Shown: positions 7,616-18,314, numbered from the stretch's first letter. The stretch: 64,000 bases of DNA from Bradymonadia bacterium (GCA_046290225.1 JBKAGE010000002.1:33392-97391), one strand, 5' to 3'. Numbers and translations: made by a program. Notes: generated by a model from the sequence alone, not told the origin.

Positions 7616-9682
7616 ATGCTGTCTCTGGTGAGCCTCTGCGGGGTGCTCGGCGCTCTGCAGCTCGCTCAGGGGGCCCCGAATGCGCCCACAGACGCACCCA
7701 CAGTTCATCCACACGTGGCATCGCTCGAGCGCTTGCTCGGTCGCCGAGGCCCGTCGACAGCTCAGGTGCATACGCAGGTCCATGGGCAAGGGTTCTACGG
7801 TGGGGATCCTTCTGGGGCCGCAACGTGTGCTCGATGCCACCCGGACGTCGCCGAGGCCTGGGGTCGCTCGGCCCATCGCTTCGCCTCGTTCAACAACCCC
7901 TACTACCGTGCAGGGCTCATCGACTTCCGAGCAGATCGAGGGCCCGAGGCCGCCGTGTTCTGCGGTCGCTGCCATGATCCGGCGCTGATCGCCGAAGGCA
8001 CCCTCGCCAGGACCGATCCGCTACAGCCGGAGACCTTCGCCACCCCGGCGGCACAGGCGGGTGTGGTCTGCCTCACGTGCCACTCGGTCCATACACCCCC
8101 GGCGCTCACGGGGAACGGCACCTTGCAGGTGGAGCTCTCACCTGTGCCGGTGAAGGGGCCAGAGCACAACGCCCGAGTCGCCTCATCCGCGCTGCGGACA
8201 GAGAACCTGTGCGCGAGCTGTCATCGCGTGGCCCTGACCCCCGACATCACCGGTGATCGCTGGCTCAAAGGTCAGGACGAGTACGGAGACTGGCTGGCGA
8301 GCCCCAGCGGCCGCGGCGCACCAGATGTGGTGTGGCCCCTGCCCGAACGCAGCTGCGCTGATTGCCATATGCCCAAGGTGCCTGCGAGTACCCGGGAGAA
8401 GGGCGCCCGGGCTGGGCGCGTCGCTGATCATCGATTCCTCGGTGCCAACGGCGCGCTCCCCCACCTGCGAGGTGATGTCGCCATGGCACAGGCCACTGGG
8501 GAAGCCCTGCGCGGCGCTGCGGTGGTCAGCATTCAACCCGGCGGTCTCTCCTCAGACGGCCTGCAGCAGGTCGATGTGGTGATGATCAACCTGAAGGCGG
8601 GTCACCGTTTGCCTGGAGGCACGCAGGACTCGAACCAGGTCTGGCTCGAGGTCACCGCCTTCGGTGAACGCGGTAGAATCCTCTGGCAATCCGGTGGTCT
8701 CGACGACGAAGGCCGCCTCGATCCGGCCGCACATCGCGTGCGGTCTCAACCCGTAGATGAAGCGGGCGATCCGCTCCGGCATCGGGACGCCCACCGCATG
8801 CGGGGGGTGGTCTTCGACACCACCCTGCCTCAGGGCAAGCCCCGCCTTGCACGCTATGCATTGCCCCATGGCACCAACGCTGTTTCTGCGCGCTTGATGT
8901 ACCGCAAGTTCGATCGCGAATATCTCGAGCTGGCCTGTGGCGCATTGCCTGCCTCGACGAAGGCGCGCTGCCTCACCCCACCCATCTACGAGATCGCTCG
9001 CGGCGAGGCCCGCCTCACTTCGAGCGGGCTCTCCGACCAGGTACAGCGCCCGGCAGATACACGGCCGAGCTGGGCAGGGCTGGTGGATCATGGCCTCGCC
9101 CTCGCCGAGGGATTCCCCGACGACGCCAAGCGCGCCCTCGATCCCTTGCGCAAAGCTCAAGAACTCACCACGAGCCCCATCCCCGACGCGGCCATGGCTC
9201 AAGCCCTGGGCCGCCTGGGCCGTACGGACGACGTCGCCGCCCTTGAAGTGTCTGGAGACACTCCACCTGCCCTGCACTGGTTCAAGGCGGTTGCTCTGGC
9301 GCGGGCCTACCGGACGGCGCCGGCGCTGTATCACGCCGAGCAGGCGCTGGCGGCCTATCCAGCTTCACCACAGGCGTTGGCCCTGGTGGCGCGGCTGAAG
9401 GGGGTGCTCGGGCAGCCTGAGGGCGCCCTCGCCGCAGCGGACGCGATCCTGGCGCGAGATCCACTCAGCGAGGCGGGTTGGTTTCAGCGGATGATGGCGC
9501 TCCGGGATCTCATGGATGCGTGGCCAGGGGGTGAGGGGCTGCAATCAGAGGCGTTGGATACATGGGACACGATCCGGCGCACTGACGAGCGTGATCTGGC
9601 GTTGCGCCGGGCCTTTCGAGCACGGTGGCCTCAGCAGGCGCCGATGACACATCCCATCCCCACCTACTTTCCTGGGCCTTGA
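7616..9682 (+). CDS. Pentaheme c-type cytochrome with C-terminal TPR-like helices (start approximate)
   Basis: CARCH, CGRCH, CLTCH, CASCH, CADCH; signal-like N-terminus. Confidence 0.8.
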   Translation: MLSLVSLCGVLGALQLAQGAPNAPTDAPTVHPHVASLERLLGRRGPSTAQVHTQVHGQGFYGGDPSGAATCARCHPDVAEAWGRSAHRFASFNNPYYRAGLIDFRADRGPEAAVFCGRCHDPALIAEGTLARTDPLQPETFATPAAQAGVVCLTCHSVHTPPALTGNGTLQVELSPVPVKGPEHNARVASSALRTENLCASCHRVALTPDITGDRWLKGQDEYGDWLASPSGRGAPDVVWPLPERSCADCHMPKVPASTREKGARAGRVADHRFLGANGALPHLRGDVAMAQATGEALRGAAVVSIQPGGLSSDGLQQVDVVMINLKAGHRLPGGTQDSNQVWLEVTAFGERGRILWQSGGLDDEGRLDPAAHRVRSQPVDEAGDPLRHRDAHRMRGVVFDTTLPQGKPRLARYALPHGTNAVSARLMYRKFDREYLELACGALPASTKARCLTPPIYEIARGEARLTSSGLSDQVQRPADTRPSWAGLVDHGLALAEGFPDDAKRALDPLRKAQELTTSPIPDAAMAQALGRLGRTDDVAALEVSGDTPPALHWFKAVALARAYRTAPALYHAEQALAAYPASPQALALVARLKGVLGQPEGALAAADAILARDPLSEAGWFQRMMALRDLMDAWPGGEGLQSEALDTWDTIRRTDERDLALRRAFRARWPQQAPMTHPIPTYFPGP

Positions 9683-9706
9683 ACCTCGGGGGCTTCGGGG
9701 TGCCGC

Positions 9707-12607
9707 TCAGCTCTGGCCTCTCCGTCGTCGCAACCACGGCGCCACGACCAACGCCAGCCACCACAGCCCCCCTACCCCACCACGACCACCGGCGTCGCAG
9801 CTGCAGCCACCCTCTGGCGCGTCGATGATGGGCTCACCGAAGTCGGGCCGAACCCCGGCATCGTTCGTGGCGTTGCCGCCGTTGCCACCCGTGGCACCGC
9901 CACCAGCCCCACCGACGACACCGCCGCCAGCACCACCAGCCCCGCCACCCGCTCCGCCGCCAGCCCCACCGGCGCCGTCGTCGTTGTCCACGATGGAGAT
10001 ACGGGCCACAGCGCGATCACCCAGGAACACACCTTGGCTGCCCTGCGGGATCGTGAGCACCACCTGGAACGTCTCCAGCCCCTCGAGGCGATTGTCGTCC
10101 ACGATGGGCACCTCGATCACCCTGATCTCACTGTCTCCGGCGGGCCACGTGAGCGTGCCCCCCGTAGCCTCGAAGTCGTCGGTGACTCGGGCGATGCCGG
10201 TCTCTGCCGTGTAGCCCACCTCGATCTGCACCTGTGGCGGGGCCAGAGGACGCACTTCGAGGCGAGCCAGGCTGTCACCCTCCGAGACCACGGCGTTGTC
10301 GGTGACGAATTGCACCCCCACCTCTTCTGGTGGTGCCTCGTCGTCGACGATGGTGATCACCGCCGTCGATGGCTCGCCGAGGGGCACGCCCTGGGCGTTG
10401 CTCAGCACCACCTCGAACTGCCGGGATCCGTCTTCGTCGTCATTGTCGAGCACGGGCACCGCGATCACCTTGGGCGCGGACTCGCCGTCGGCCCACGACA
10501 GATCGCCGGAGACCGTGGTGTAGTCCTCACCTGGGGTGGCGTCGAGAGACCGTGTAGCGTACTCCACCGAGGCCGCCCCCTCGGGGGGACCGACGCGGAC
10601 CACTTGCAGCACCCGCTGGCCCGCCCCCTCGCTGACCTCGTAGTTGCCCTGGGCGAAGCGGATGTCTTCTGAGGTGGGCTCCAGAGTGATGCGGCTACCA
10701 GCGGCTTCGATGGGCATATCCACCAGGGTCACCAGACCATCAACGTCTGCGGCCACCTCGCCTTGTGCCGTGGCCACGTTGTCGCTCAAGCGCCTCACGG
10801 TGTAGGCGAACGTCTGGCCAGCGTTCGCCGTGAAGCGCTGGAGCCTGCGTGGGGTGATGGTCACTTGCAGATCAGGGCCCGTGCCGCAGTCGGCGTTGCC
10901 GTCCTCGAGGTTCACCGAGCAGAAGGCCATGGACCAGCGGAAGGGCTCGTCCACGGGCGGACCGTCGAAGGGTTGCCACGACGAAGACCACCGAATGCCG
11001 GCGTTGTACTGGCCGGGGCCCTCGGGTGGGATGGGGCTGTTCACCGAGAGGCCGTCGATGCCCGGCACCGTCTCGTTCAACACCACCGTGAGGTTCTGGA
11101 AGGGCGAGCCGCTCCGATCGGAGCGGATGCTCGGCGGCAGCCCGCGAAAGCCCAACCAGTTGTGCTCCACAGGCAGGGCGATGGCCCCCCAGGGCCTGCT
11201 GGTCCCCTCGAAGGCCGTGTACCCCGGCGCGCCCTGGGTGTTCCACTCGATCACCGTGTCGTTGGTGCCGTGGCCCATGCCAAAGGGGGTTGAGTCATCC
11301 GATCGACGGACCAGGGCCTGTTGCTGGTGGTTCTGCCAGTCCCACACGCCAGTGCCATTGTAGATCTTGATGGGATCAGCCCAGTCACCGGGACCGTCGA
11401 TCTCCACGGGGTAGTTCTGCTCTCGAGGGCCCCACTTCGTGGCCACGTCACCCCGCCAGTCCGTACCGCCGCCATCCCCGGAGGCGGCATAGTTGGTCAT
11501 GGGCTCGCTGGAGTAGATCGCCGCGTAGACGTTTGGGTAGCGCAGCGACATGGCCAGGGCGCCGCTGCCCCCCATGGAGTGCCCGTAGATGTAGATGCGA
11601 TCGGTGTCGATGGCGGGGCCGCCAGGGGTGGGCTGACGGATCAAATCGTAGGCCATGCGCATCAGCCGGCGCTCAGTGAAGTTCGCCACGGTGTTCTGCG
11701 GCCCCGAGGGGGCGCCTTGCTGGTAGTCGTGATCTCGGGCGAAGCCGAAGTACCAGGTTTGGTGCTGGTCGATGATGTAGATGTTGTAGGCGCACCAGAA
11801 CGGATCGTTGTTGTTCGTCGACGGTCCATAGCGATCGCTGCCATGGCCGTGCAGGTTGAACATGATGGGCTCGCGCTGGCCGTCGCAGCGCTCGAGGGGC
11901 GGGAACACGCGGTAGTCATAGGCATAAGCCAAGGCACCGTCGATGCCCGCACCGTCGGGATCGAAGCCCAACCAGTTGTTGTGGGGGGCCGGGGCGTGGA
12001 AGGTCGGGTTCCAACGCCTGAGGTTCATGTACTGAATGTACACATAACCGTTGTCTTCCAGGGGCAGCCCAGTGCGGATCGGCAACGGATCCTCCACCCG
12101 CTCCCGCACAGGGCCCACGGTGTTGTCGCCGTTGAAGTCGCTCCGGTTCTCATTGCCCTCAGCGTCGACGGTGGTGATGGCGTAGTGGGTGCTGCCGCTG
12201 TCGTCTCCGCCGAAGTCCGCCTCGGCCTCCAGCGTCCAGACCAGGAGACCCACCCCCGAGGGGAGCGGCTGGCCTCCGTCTTCGATGATGAGACGGGCAG
12301 CCCAACGCGGCTGCCATACGCCGTCTCCGCCGATGAAGTAGTTGGCGAACCATCGAGCAGACCCCTGGGGCACCTCTCTCACCAGCGTGGCCTCGCCGAG
12401 GTTTCCGGCGTTGATGGGCGCGGTGTGGCGGTAGAGGCGATAGCGCACCCCCTGCACGTCGTCTCGCTCGGTCCACGTGAGAAATGTCTGGCCACTGCGG
12501 TGGGTGGCGTTGAGGCCTTGGGGCTGAGGGCTCTGGGCCATCGCCACAGTGCTCCCCGTCAACACAGTGAGCATCAACACCAGGGCAGCAGAACACAATC
12601 TCGACAT
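9707..12607 (-). CDS. Surface alpha/beta-hydrolase with two Calx-beta domains and a MYXO-CTERM-like sorting tail
   Basis: Signal peptide; GHSMGG nucleophile elbow; two Calx-beta repeats; Gly-rich linker; GGCSC...LWWLALVVAPWLRRRR. Confidence 0.82.
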   Translation of the reverse strand: MSRLCSAALVLMLTVLTGSTVAMAQSPQPQGLNATHRSGQTFLTWTERDDVQGVRYRLYRHTAPINAGNLGEATLVREVPQGSARWFANYFIGGDGVWQPRWAARLIIEDGGQPLPSGVGLLVWTLEAEADFGGDDSGSTHYAITTVDAEGNENRSDFNGDNTVGPVRERVEDPLPIRTGLPLEDNGYVYIQYMNLRRWNPTFHAPAPHNNWLGFDPDGAGIDGALAYAYDYRVFPPLERCDGQREPIMFNLHGHGSDRYGPSTNNNDPFWCAYNIYIIDQHQTWYFGFARDHDYQQGAPSGPQNTVANFTERRLMRMAYDLIRQPTPGGPAIDTDRIYIYGHSMGGSGALAMSLRYPNVYAAIYSSEPMTNYAASGDGGGTDWRGDVATKWGPREQNYPVEIDGPGDWADPIKIYNGTGVWDWQNHQQQALVRRSDDSTPFGMGHGTNDTVIEWNTQGAPGYTAFEGTSRPWGAIALPVEHNWLGFRGLPPSIRSDRSGSPFQNLTVVLNETVPGIDGLSVNSPIPPEGPGQYNAGIRWSSSWQPFDGPPVDEPFRWSMAFCSVNLEDGNADCGTGPDLQVTITPRRLQRFTANAGQTFAYTVRRLSDNVATAQGEVAADVDGLVTLVDMPIEAAGSRITLEPTSEDIRFAQGNYEVSEGAGQRVLQVVRVGPPEGAASVEYATRSLDATPGEDYTTVSGDLSWADGESAPKVIAVPVLDNDDEDGSRQFEVVLSNAQGVPLGEPSTAVITIVDDEAPPEEVGVQFVTDNAVVSEGDSLARLEVRPLAPPQVQIEVGYTAETGIARVTDDFEATGGTLTWPAGDSEIRVIEVPIVDDNRLEGLETFQVVLTIPQGSQGVFLGDRAVARISIVDNDDGAGGAGGGAGGGAGGAGGGVVGGAGGGATGGNGGNATNDAGVRPDFGEPIIDAPEGGCSCDAGGRGGVGGLWWLALVVAPWLRRRRGQS

Positions 12608-12741
12608 GACAATCTCCCACGAGCGTTGCGCCCGTGCTGATGAACTCTCGGGGGGAGAGTGCTGGAGCACGGGGGGTGGGCACAAGTTCGTCGCCCCTCG
12701 TGCCGATATTCCAGTTCGGCACCCATGCAGCGAGAGATGAG

Positions 12742-13893
12742 ATGGCCTGGCTGAGACGACGCAAGCAATCTGACGAGGCAGCGGGCACCTCTGGGACGCC
12801 CGCAGACACCCACGAGCAGCCCCCGAAGACCGCACCTCCTCCCGCGGCAACCACCGATGCACGCCTGCTCGACGGCGCCCTGGATACGCTCGCCGCGGTG
12901 GTCCGGGCTCTGGGGCGAACAGCCTTCGATCTCGACACCCGAGGCCGCGACGAGATCGCCGACGACTGTGAGTCCTGGGCAGGTCATGTGCTCAACGCCG
13001 GCCCTCTGCCCGGCGGCGAGTCTGCGCCGAGCCCGGGCAGGCGTCACTGGTCGGGGCTGAGGGATTTCGTCACGGACCACCGCCAGGCGGAGCGCAAGTT
13101 CGTCGAGGGCCGGGCCAAGGCCCTCAAAGATGTGATCCATGGAGTGGTGCAGGGGCTCCGGGGGCTGGTGGGGGACGATCAGCAGCTCACCTCTCAACTC
13201 GAGCAGGGCTTCTCCACGTTGGAGACCGCGGTCACCAGTGGAGATCTCAACCAACTCGGTGAGGCGCTGCCCGGCGTATTGCAGAACATGCGTGGGGCCC
13301 TGGCGGAGCACCAGGTACGCCGACAGAAAGAGATGTCGGCCATGCATGCCCGCTTGCAGGCCCTCAGCGAAGATCTCGCCGCCTCACAGGCTCGGGCGGT
13401 TCAGGACCCGCTCACCGGTCTGGCCAACCGCGGCGGCTTCGACGATCGCATCGCCAGCTTGCTGCCCATGTCTCAGGTGAGCGAGCGGCCACTCACGCTC
13501 TTCATGGTGGATCTCGACCACTTCAAGCGCATCAACGACACCTATGGCCACCCTGGCGGTGACGAGGTGCTGCGGCAAGCCGGGAAGGCCTTGATCCGCG
13601 CCTTCCCCCGCAGGGACGACTTCGTGGCCCGCTATGGCGGTGAGGAGTTCGCGATCTTGGCATCGGACGCAGATCCGGTGAGCGCAGAGCGCATGGCCAT
13701 CAGGCTGCTCAATGCCATCCGCCGCATGGACGTGCCCTTCGAAGGGCAGCTGATCCCAGTGACCTGCTCGGTGGGCTACGCCACCTTGAAGCACGATGAG
13801 ACCGTAGAAGCGTTCATGAAGCGGGCTGATCAGGCACTCTACCGGGCCAAGAAGGCTGGCCGCGACCGCTCTATCTCTGCAGAGCTGGACTGA
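12742..13893 (+). CDS. Diguanylate cyclase (GGDEF)
   Basis: DPLTGLANR, DLDHFKRINDTYGH, RxxD I-site, ARYGGEEF. Confidence 0.92.
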   Translation: MAWLRRRKQSDEAAGTSGTPADTHEQPPKTAPPPAATTDARLLDGALDTLAAVVRALGRTAFDLDTRGRDEIADDCESWAGHVLNAGPLPGGESAPSPGRRHWSGLRDFVTDHRQAERKFVEGRAKALKDVIHGVVQGLRGLVGDDQQLTSQLEQGFSTLETAVTSGDLNQLGEALPGVLQNMRGALAEHQVRRQKEMSAMHARLQALSEDLAASQARAVQDPLTGLANRGGFDDRIASLLPMSQVSERPLTLFMVDLDHFKRINDTYGHPGGDEVLRQAGKALIRAFPRRDDFVARYGGEEFAILASDADPVSAERMAIRLLNAIRRMDVPFEGQLIPVTCSVGYATLKHDETVEAFMKRADQALYRAKKAGRDRSISAELD

Positions 13894-13908
13894 TCAGCCC
13901 ACTGCCCC

Positions 13909-15444
13909 TCAACGCCGAGAGACGCCGAGCTTCTTCATGCGGCTCTGAAGCGTGGTGGGCTTGATGTCGAGCAGCTCCGCCGCGCCTCCCGGACCATAGA
14001 TACGACCATCCGCGACGTCGAGCGCCCGGGCGATGTGCAGTCGCTGTGCTTCTTCCAGAGTCACCAGAGGCGCTTCTGTCTCCAAAGGCGAGGTCACCCG
14101 TGGTGTGCCAGCACCCGTGGGCAAGCCGAGGCAGCTGGGGGTCAGAGTGGGCCCCGGCGACAAGATCGACGCCCGCTCCAACAGGTTGGCAAGCTCTCGC
14201 AGATTGCCCGGCCAGTCGTACGCCGACATGGCGCTCAGCGCGTCGGGGCCGATGTCGAGGGTGCGCCGGGTGCGCCGGGCCTGATCGGCCAGCAGGATCT
14301 CGCTGAGCAGGGGCAGATCTTCGAGACGCTCTCTCAGCGGGGGCATGTGCAGCGGGAACACATTGAGTCGATAGTAGAGATCTTCTCTGAAGCGCCCGTC
14401 GGTGATGGCCTGCTCGAGATCCACGTGGGTAGCGGCGAAGATCCGCACGTCCACGGTGATCGTGCTGTCGCTGCCCACGGGCTCCAGGGTGCCTTCCTGC
14501 AGCACCCGCAACAGCTTCGCCTGCAAAGCCAGGGGCAGCTCTCCGATCTCGTCGAGGAGCAACGTGCCGCCATCGGCCACCTGGAACCGACCCGGGCGAT
14601 CGCCGTGGGCGCCGGTGAAGGCCCCCTTCACGTGACCGAAGAGCTCCGCCTCGAGCAGATTGGCGGGGATCGCCGCACAGTTGATGCGCACAAAGGGCGC
14701 GTCTTTCCGGGCAGACCACCGGTGCAGTGCCGCCGCGAGACGCTCTTTTCCGGTGCCTGTCTCTCCCCGGATGAGCACTGGAGTGTCGGTCTGGGCCACG
14801 AGGCGAGCCCGACGCACCATCTCTTGCACCGCGGGGCTGCGGCTCTCGCTCAAGGCCTGATCGCCCTGGCCAAAGGCCTCGTCTTCCAGAATCCGGGCTC
14901 TGCTCGCCGTGCGCTTGAGCAGCTGCTCCAGACGCATACTCTGCTCGGCGTTGAGGATGGCCAGGGCCAGCAGGTGGCCGTAGATCTCGATTTGATCCAC
15001 GAGGCTCTGGGGGTATGGCTCGCATTGATCTCGATCGAGGGTGAGCAACCCCAAGCGCCGCTCACCGGCACACAACGGCACCACCATGCAGGCGTGACCC
15101 GGGGGCAAGTCGAGGACCCCATCGAAGGGATCGCCGTCGCCGTGGCGATGATCCCCTTCGGTGAAGGCCCGTGCTCTCCGGGTCTCCAATGCCTCGGCGA
15201 GGGTGGGAAACGCGCTGAGATCGAGCGTGTGATCCTTCACCTGGTCGAGGGCCAGCTTGCCTCGGGCGGCTTTGACGGTGAGCCGCTCACCTTCGAGCAT
15301 GAAGATGGTGGCGAGGTCGTACCGCGCGATGCGGCACAGCCAGTCGAGGCCCCGGCGAAACAGCTCGTCGAGGTGATCCCGGTTGCCGGCGAGGCGAGCA
15401 AGGGCGGTCAGCTCAGTGGCCGACTCGTGAAGCGCTGACGACAT
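13909..15444 (-). CDS. GAF + AAA+ sigma54-dependent activator, NorR-like
   Basis: GETGTGKE, GAFTGA, C-terminal HTH; GAF carries DPFDG...HAC...LTLD as in NorR. Confidence 0.85.
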   Translation of the reverse strand: MSSALHESATELTALARLAGNRDHLDELFRRGLDWLCRIARYDLATIFMLEGERLTVKAARGKLALDQVKDHTLDLSAFPTLAEALETRRARAFTEGDHRHGDGDPFDGVLDLPPGHACMVVPLCAGERRLGLLTLDRDQCEPYPQSLVDQIEIYGHLLALAILNAEQSMRLEQLLKRTASRARILEDEAFGQGDQALSESRSPAVQEMVRRARLVAQTDTPVLIRGETGTGKERLAAALHRWSARKDAPFVRINCAAIPANLLEAELFGHVKGAFTGAHGDRPGRFQVADGGTLLLDEIGELPLALQAKLLRVLQEGTLEPVGSDSTITVDVRIFAATHVDLEQAITDGRFREDLYYRLNVFPLHMPPLRERLEDLPLLSEILLADQARRTRRTLDIGPDALSAMSAYDWPGNLRELANLLERASILSPGPTLTPSCLGLPTGAGTPRVTSPLETEAPLVTLEEAQRLHIARALDVADGRIYGPGGAAELLDIKPTTLQSRMKKLGVSRR

Positions 15445-15490
15445 TTCGGTCCTTCATTCGAATGACGATACTTCGTTGAGACGCGACAGA

Positions 15491-15506
15491 TGGGGGTCTG
15501 GTTGCA
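15491..15506 (+). promoter_or_regulatory. Candidate sigma54 -24/-12 promoter for the octaheme cytochrome gene
   Basis: TGGGGGTCTGGTTGCA = GG-N10-GC with TTGCA. Confidence 0.45.
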
Positions 15507-15571
15507 CGGGGCGGTGCTCCCCTGCTCGGATCCGCTTGTCTCCTTCACTCGATGCGCCGACACTGTGGGCC

Positions 15572-17797
15572 ATGTACGCCTGGGAAACCCCGCTCCTCAT
15601 CACGCTCTTCTGCCTGGCCCTGCTGGCCTTTCGCCGCTCGAAGGGCTGGTCTCTGGACCCCATCTGGCTCGCCGGGGTCGGCATCGGCGCCATCTGTCTG
15701 GCCTTCGCCGCCTGGATCTACGCCCCCAGAACCCAAGCCGCCACTGAGGGGGCCGCTCACCCAGCGCTGCCCACAGCACGTACGGACGATGGCCGGATCA
15801 CGTCGAAGGCGTGCCGCGCCTGCCACCCCAGCGAATATGCCTCATGGTACCGCACGTGGCACCGCACCATGACCCAGCAGGCCAGCCCGGATACGGTCAT
15901 CGGCCGCTTCGACGGACAGGTGCTCTCTGATCGGGGCGTGTCGTTTCGGATCTTCCGTGAAGGCGACGGCTTCTTTGCCGAGCAGGTGAAGCCTGTGCCA
16001 CCCCGTGGAGTGCCTGCCACCCGGCCCATCGTGATGACCACGGGGGCCCACCACATGCAGAACTATTGGATGCCTGCCCCGGGAGACGGCTCTCTGGTGC
16101 AGTTACCCTTCGCCTGGTGGACCCGGGACCAGCGCTGGATCCCCACGGCAGACTCGTTCCTTCAGCCTTCACCCCCTGATGCCCCACAGCCGGTGTGGAA
16201 CGGCAACTGCAATCCGTGTCACACGGTAGGCTCTGTGGGCAAGACCGCCCCCCAGGCTCAAAAAGCCGAGACCGAGGTCTCCGAGATGGGCATCGCCTGC
16301 GAGGCCTGCCACGGCCCCTCCGAGGCCCACGTGCAGGCCAATCGGTCGCCTCTGCGCCGCTACCTGCGCCACCTCGACTTCGAAGGTGAGCCCGACGCCC
16401 CGGACGAGACCGTGGCCAACGCCGCCCGGATGAGCCGAGACGCATCCATCGCTGCCTGCGGGCAATGTCATGGCCTCTTCATGACCCGAAACTGGGCCCA
16501 GGTGAACATGCAGGGTGATCCCTTCACCGCCGGTGACGAGGCCCAGCACACCCGCGACTTCATCCGCGTGGGTCCTGATCTGACGACACCAGGAGACAAA
16601 GTGCTCAGGCCCATGGCCCACCTGAGCCCCACCCTGGAGGTGCACATCGCTGGCGCCCCAGCCCGGCGCGTGTCTCTGCAAGGCACCACCCGCTTCGGCG
16701 TGCATCTGAGCCAGAGCACCCCGCCCATCGCCCCAGGTGAAGGGTTCGTCCAGCTCTCCGGTGGCCGCCGACTGCCAGGGACCTTCGAGGTCTTCGACTG
16801 GGGCGTCCGCATGCGCCCGGGGCGCTGGCCGCCTCAAGGTCTCGAGTGGTTGCTGGCCCTCATGGGCTACGACCAGAACAAGCCCACAGCCATGGACATG
16901 AGCGCCTTCTGGCCCGATGGCACGGTCCGAACCACGGGCCGGGAGATGACGGGCATGTTGGAGACCCCCTGTGTCACCAACGGCGAGATGACCTGCCTGA
17001 GCTGCCACAGCATGCACCAGGGCGATCCCGACGATCTCATGAAGCCCGAGATGCCCGTGGACGGGATCGCCTCGAACGCAGCATGCATCGACTGCCATCC
17101 CATGCCGGGCGATGCCCTCACGGCCCACACACACCACGGCGCCGACTCGGAAGGCAGCGTCTGCTACAACTGCCACATGCCCCGGACCTCTTATGGGCTC
17201 ATGGGTGCGATCCGGGCCCACCGGGTGGACGCCCCGAGCGCCCTGCGCGCTCAACGCACGGGCCGCCCCGACGGCTGCAGCCTCTGCCACATGGACAAGC
17301 CCCTCTCCTGGACTGGGCGATGGCTCGCGGAGTGGTACGGACACACAGAGCCCGAATACACCGATGCAGATCGCACCTTCTCCTCCACGGCCAGATGGAT
17401 GCTCGAAGGCGACGCAGCGCAACGCGCCATGTCGGCGTGGCACGCTGGCTGGGCGCCGGCGCAGGCTGTCGCCGAGGTGGGGCGCTGGACGCCGCCGCTC
17501 CTCGCCGGGCTGCTCACCGATGACTACGCCGTGGTGCGCTACATCGCCTGGGCGGCGCTCAGACGACAGAAGGCCTTCGCCACCCTCGAGTACGACTATG
17601 TAGCCCCGCCCCAGGCGCGGGCACAGGTGGCCGAGCAGGTGATGACGCGCTGGCAACAAATGCAGTCCGATCTGCGACAGCCCATGAAGGCCGATCCGAG
17701 GGCAGTCCTGCTCTCGGGCCCCGGCACCTCCGACACATCGATCATCCGACAATTGTTGAGCAATCGAGACACTCAGCCGGTATACATCGCCGAGTAG
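15572..17797 (+). CDS. Membrane-anchored octaheme c-type cytochrome
   Basis: CRACH, CNPCH, CEACH, CGQCH, CLSCH, CIDCH, CYNCH, CSLCH; two N-terminal hydrophobic segments. Confidence 0.85.
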   Translation: MYAWETPLLITLFCLALLAFRRSKGWSLDPIWLAGVGIGAICLAFAAWIYAPRTQAATEGAAHPALPTARTDDGRITSKACRACHPSEYASWYRTWHRTMTQQASPDTVIGRFDGQVLSDRGVSFRIFREGDGFFAEQVKPVPPRGVPATRPIVMTTGAHHMQNYWMPAPGDGSLVQLPFAWWTRDQRWIPTADSFLQPSPPDAPQPVWNGNCNPCHTVGSVGKTAPQAQKAETEVSEMGIACEACHGPSEAHVQANRSPLRRYLRHLDFEGEPDAPDETVANAARMSRDASIAACGQCHGLFMTRNWAQVNMQGDPFTAGDEAQHTRDFIRVGPDLTTPGDKVLRPMAHLSPTLEVHIAGAPARRVSLQGTTRFGVHLSQSTPPIAPGEGFVQLSGGRRLPGTFEVFDWGVRMRPGRWPPQGLEWLLALMGYDQNKPTAMDMSAFWPDGTVRTTGREMTGMLETPCVTNGEMTCLSCHSMHQGDPDDLMKPEMPVDGIASNAACIDCHPMPGDALTAHTHHGADSEGSVCYNCHMPRTSYGLMGAIRAHRVDAPSALRAQRTGRPDGCSLCHMDKPLSWTGRWLAEWYGHTEPEYTDADRTFSSTARWMLEGDAAQRAMSAWHAGWAPAQAVAEVGRWTPPLLAGLLTDDYAVVRYIAWAALRRQKAFATLEYDYVAPPQARAQVAEQVMTRWQQMQSDLRQPMKADPRAVLLSGPGTSDTSIIRQLLSNRDTQPVYIAE

Positions 17798-17817
17798 ACG
17801 ATCTGCCCCCTGGAGCC

Positions 17818-18270
17818 ATGGCCGACACTTCCCCCAGCCCTGCCCGCCCTGTGGCCCTCCACCTGCGTTTTGGATGGATGGCCCTGTTGTTCTACCTCTC
17901 CATGGGCCTCGTGCTCGAAGCTCTGCACGGCTTCAAGGTGCCCTGGTACCTCGACGTCGGCAACGAGACCCGGCGCCTCATGTGGACCCTGGCCCACGTG
18001 CACGGCACCCTGCTCGCCCTGGTGAACATCGCCATGGCCTTCACGGTCCGGCACCTCTCGGGGTGGTCAGAGGGCAAACAGCGGTTCGCCTCCCGGGCGC
18101 TCATCGCCGCCTCACTGTTGATGCCCGGCGGCTTCCTGCTCGGCGGTGTCTACATCTATGGGGGTGATCCTGGGGTGGGCATCCTGCTGGTGCCCGTAGG
18201 CGGCCTGCTGCTCTTCGTCTCGGTGTTGCTCACGGGCCTCGCCGTGAGAAAACACCTCGATCTCAGCTGA
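17818..18270 (+). CDS. Four-TM membrane protein with LAHVHG motif, co-oriented with the cytochrome
   Basis: Four hydrophobic segments; 20 bp after cytochrome stop. Confidence 0.75.
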   Translation: MADTSPSPARPVALHLRFGWMALLFYLSMGLVLEALHGFKVPWYLDVGNETRRLMWTLAHVHGTLLALVNIAMAFTVRHLSGWSEGKQRFASRALIAASLLMPGGFLLGGVYIYGGDPGVGILLVPVGGLLLFVSVLLTGLAVRKHLDLS

Positions 18271-18314
18271 CGGGCCTCAGCGAGCCGACCTCAATGGCTA
18301 GTCGTACTCTGTGC

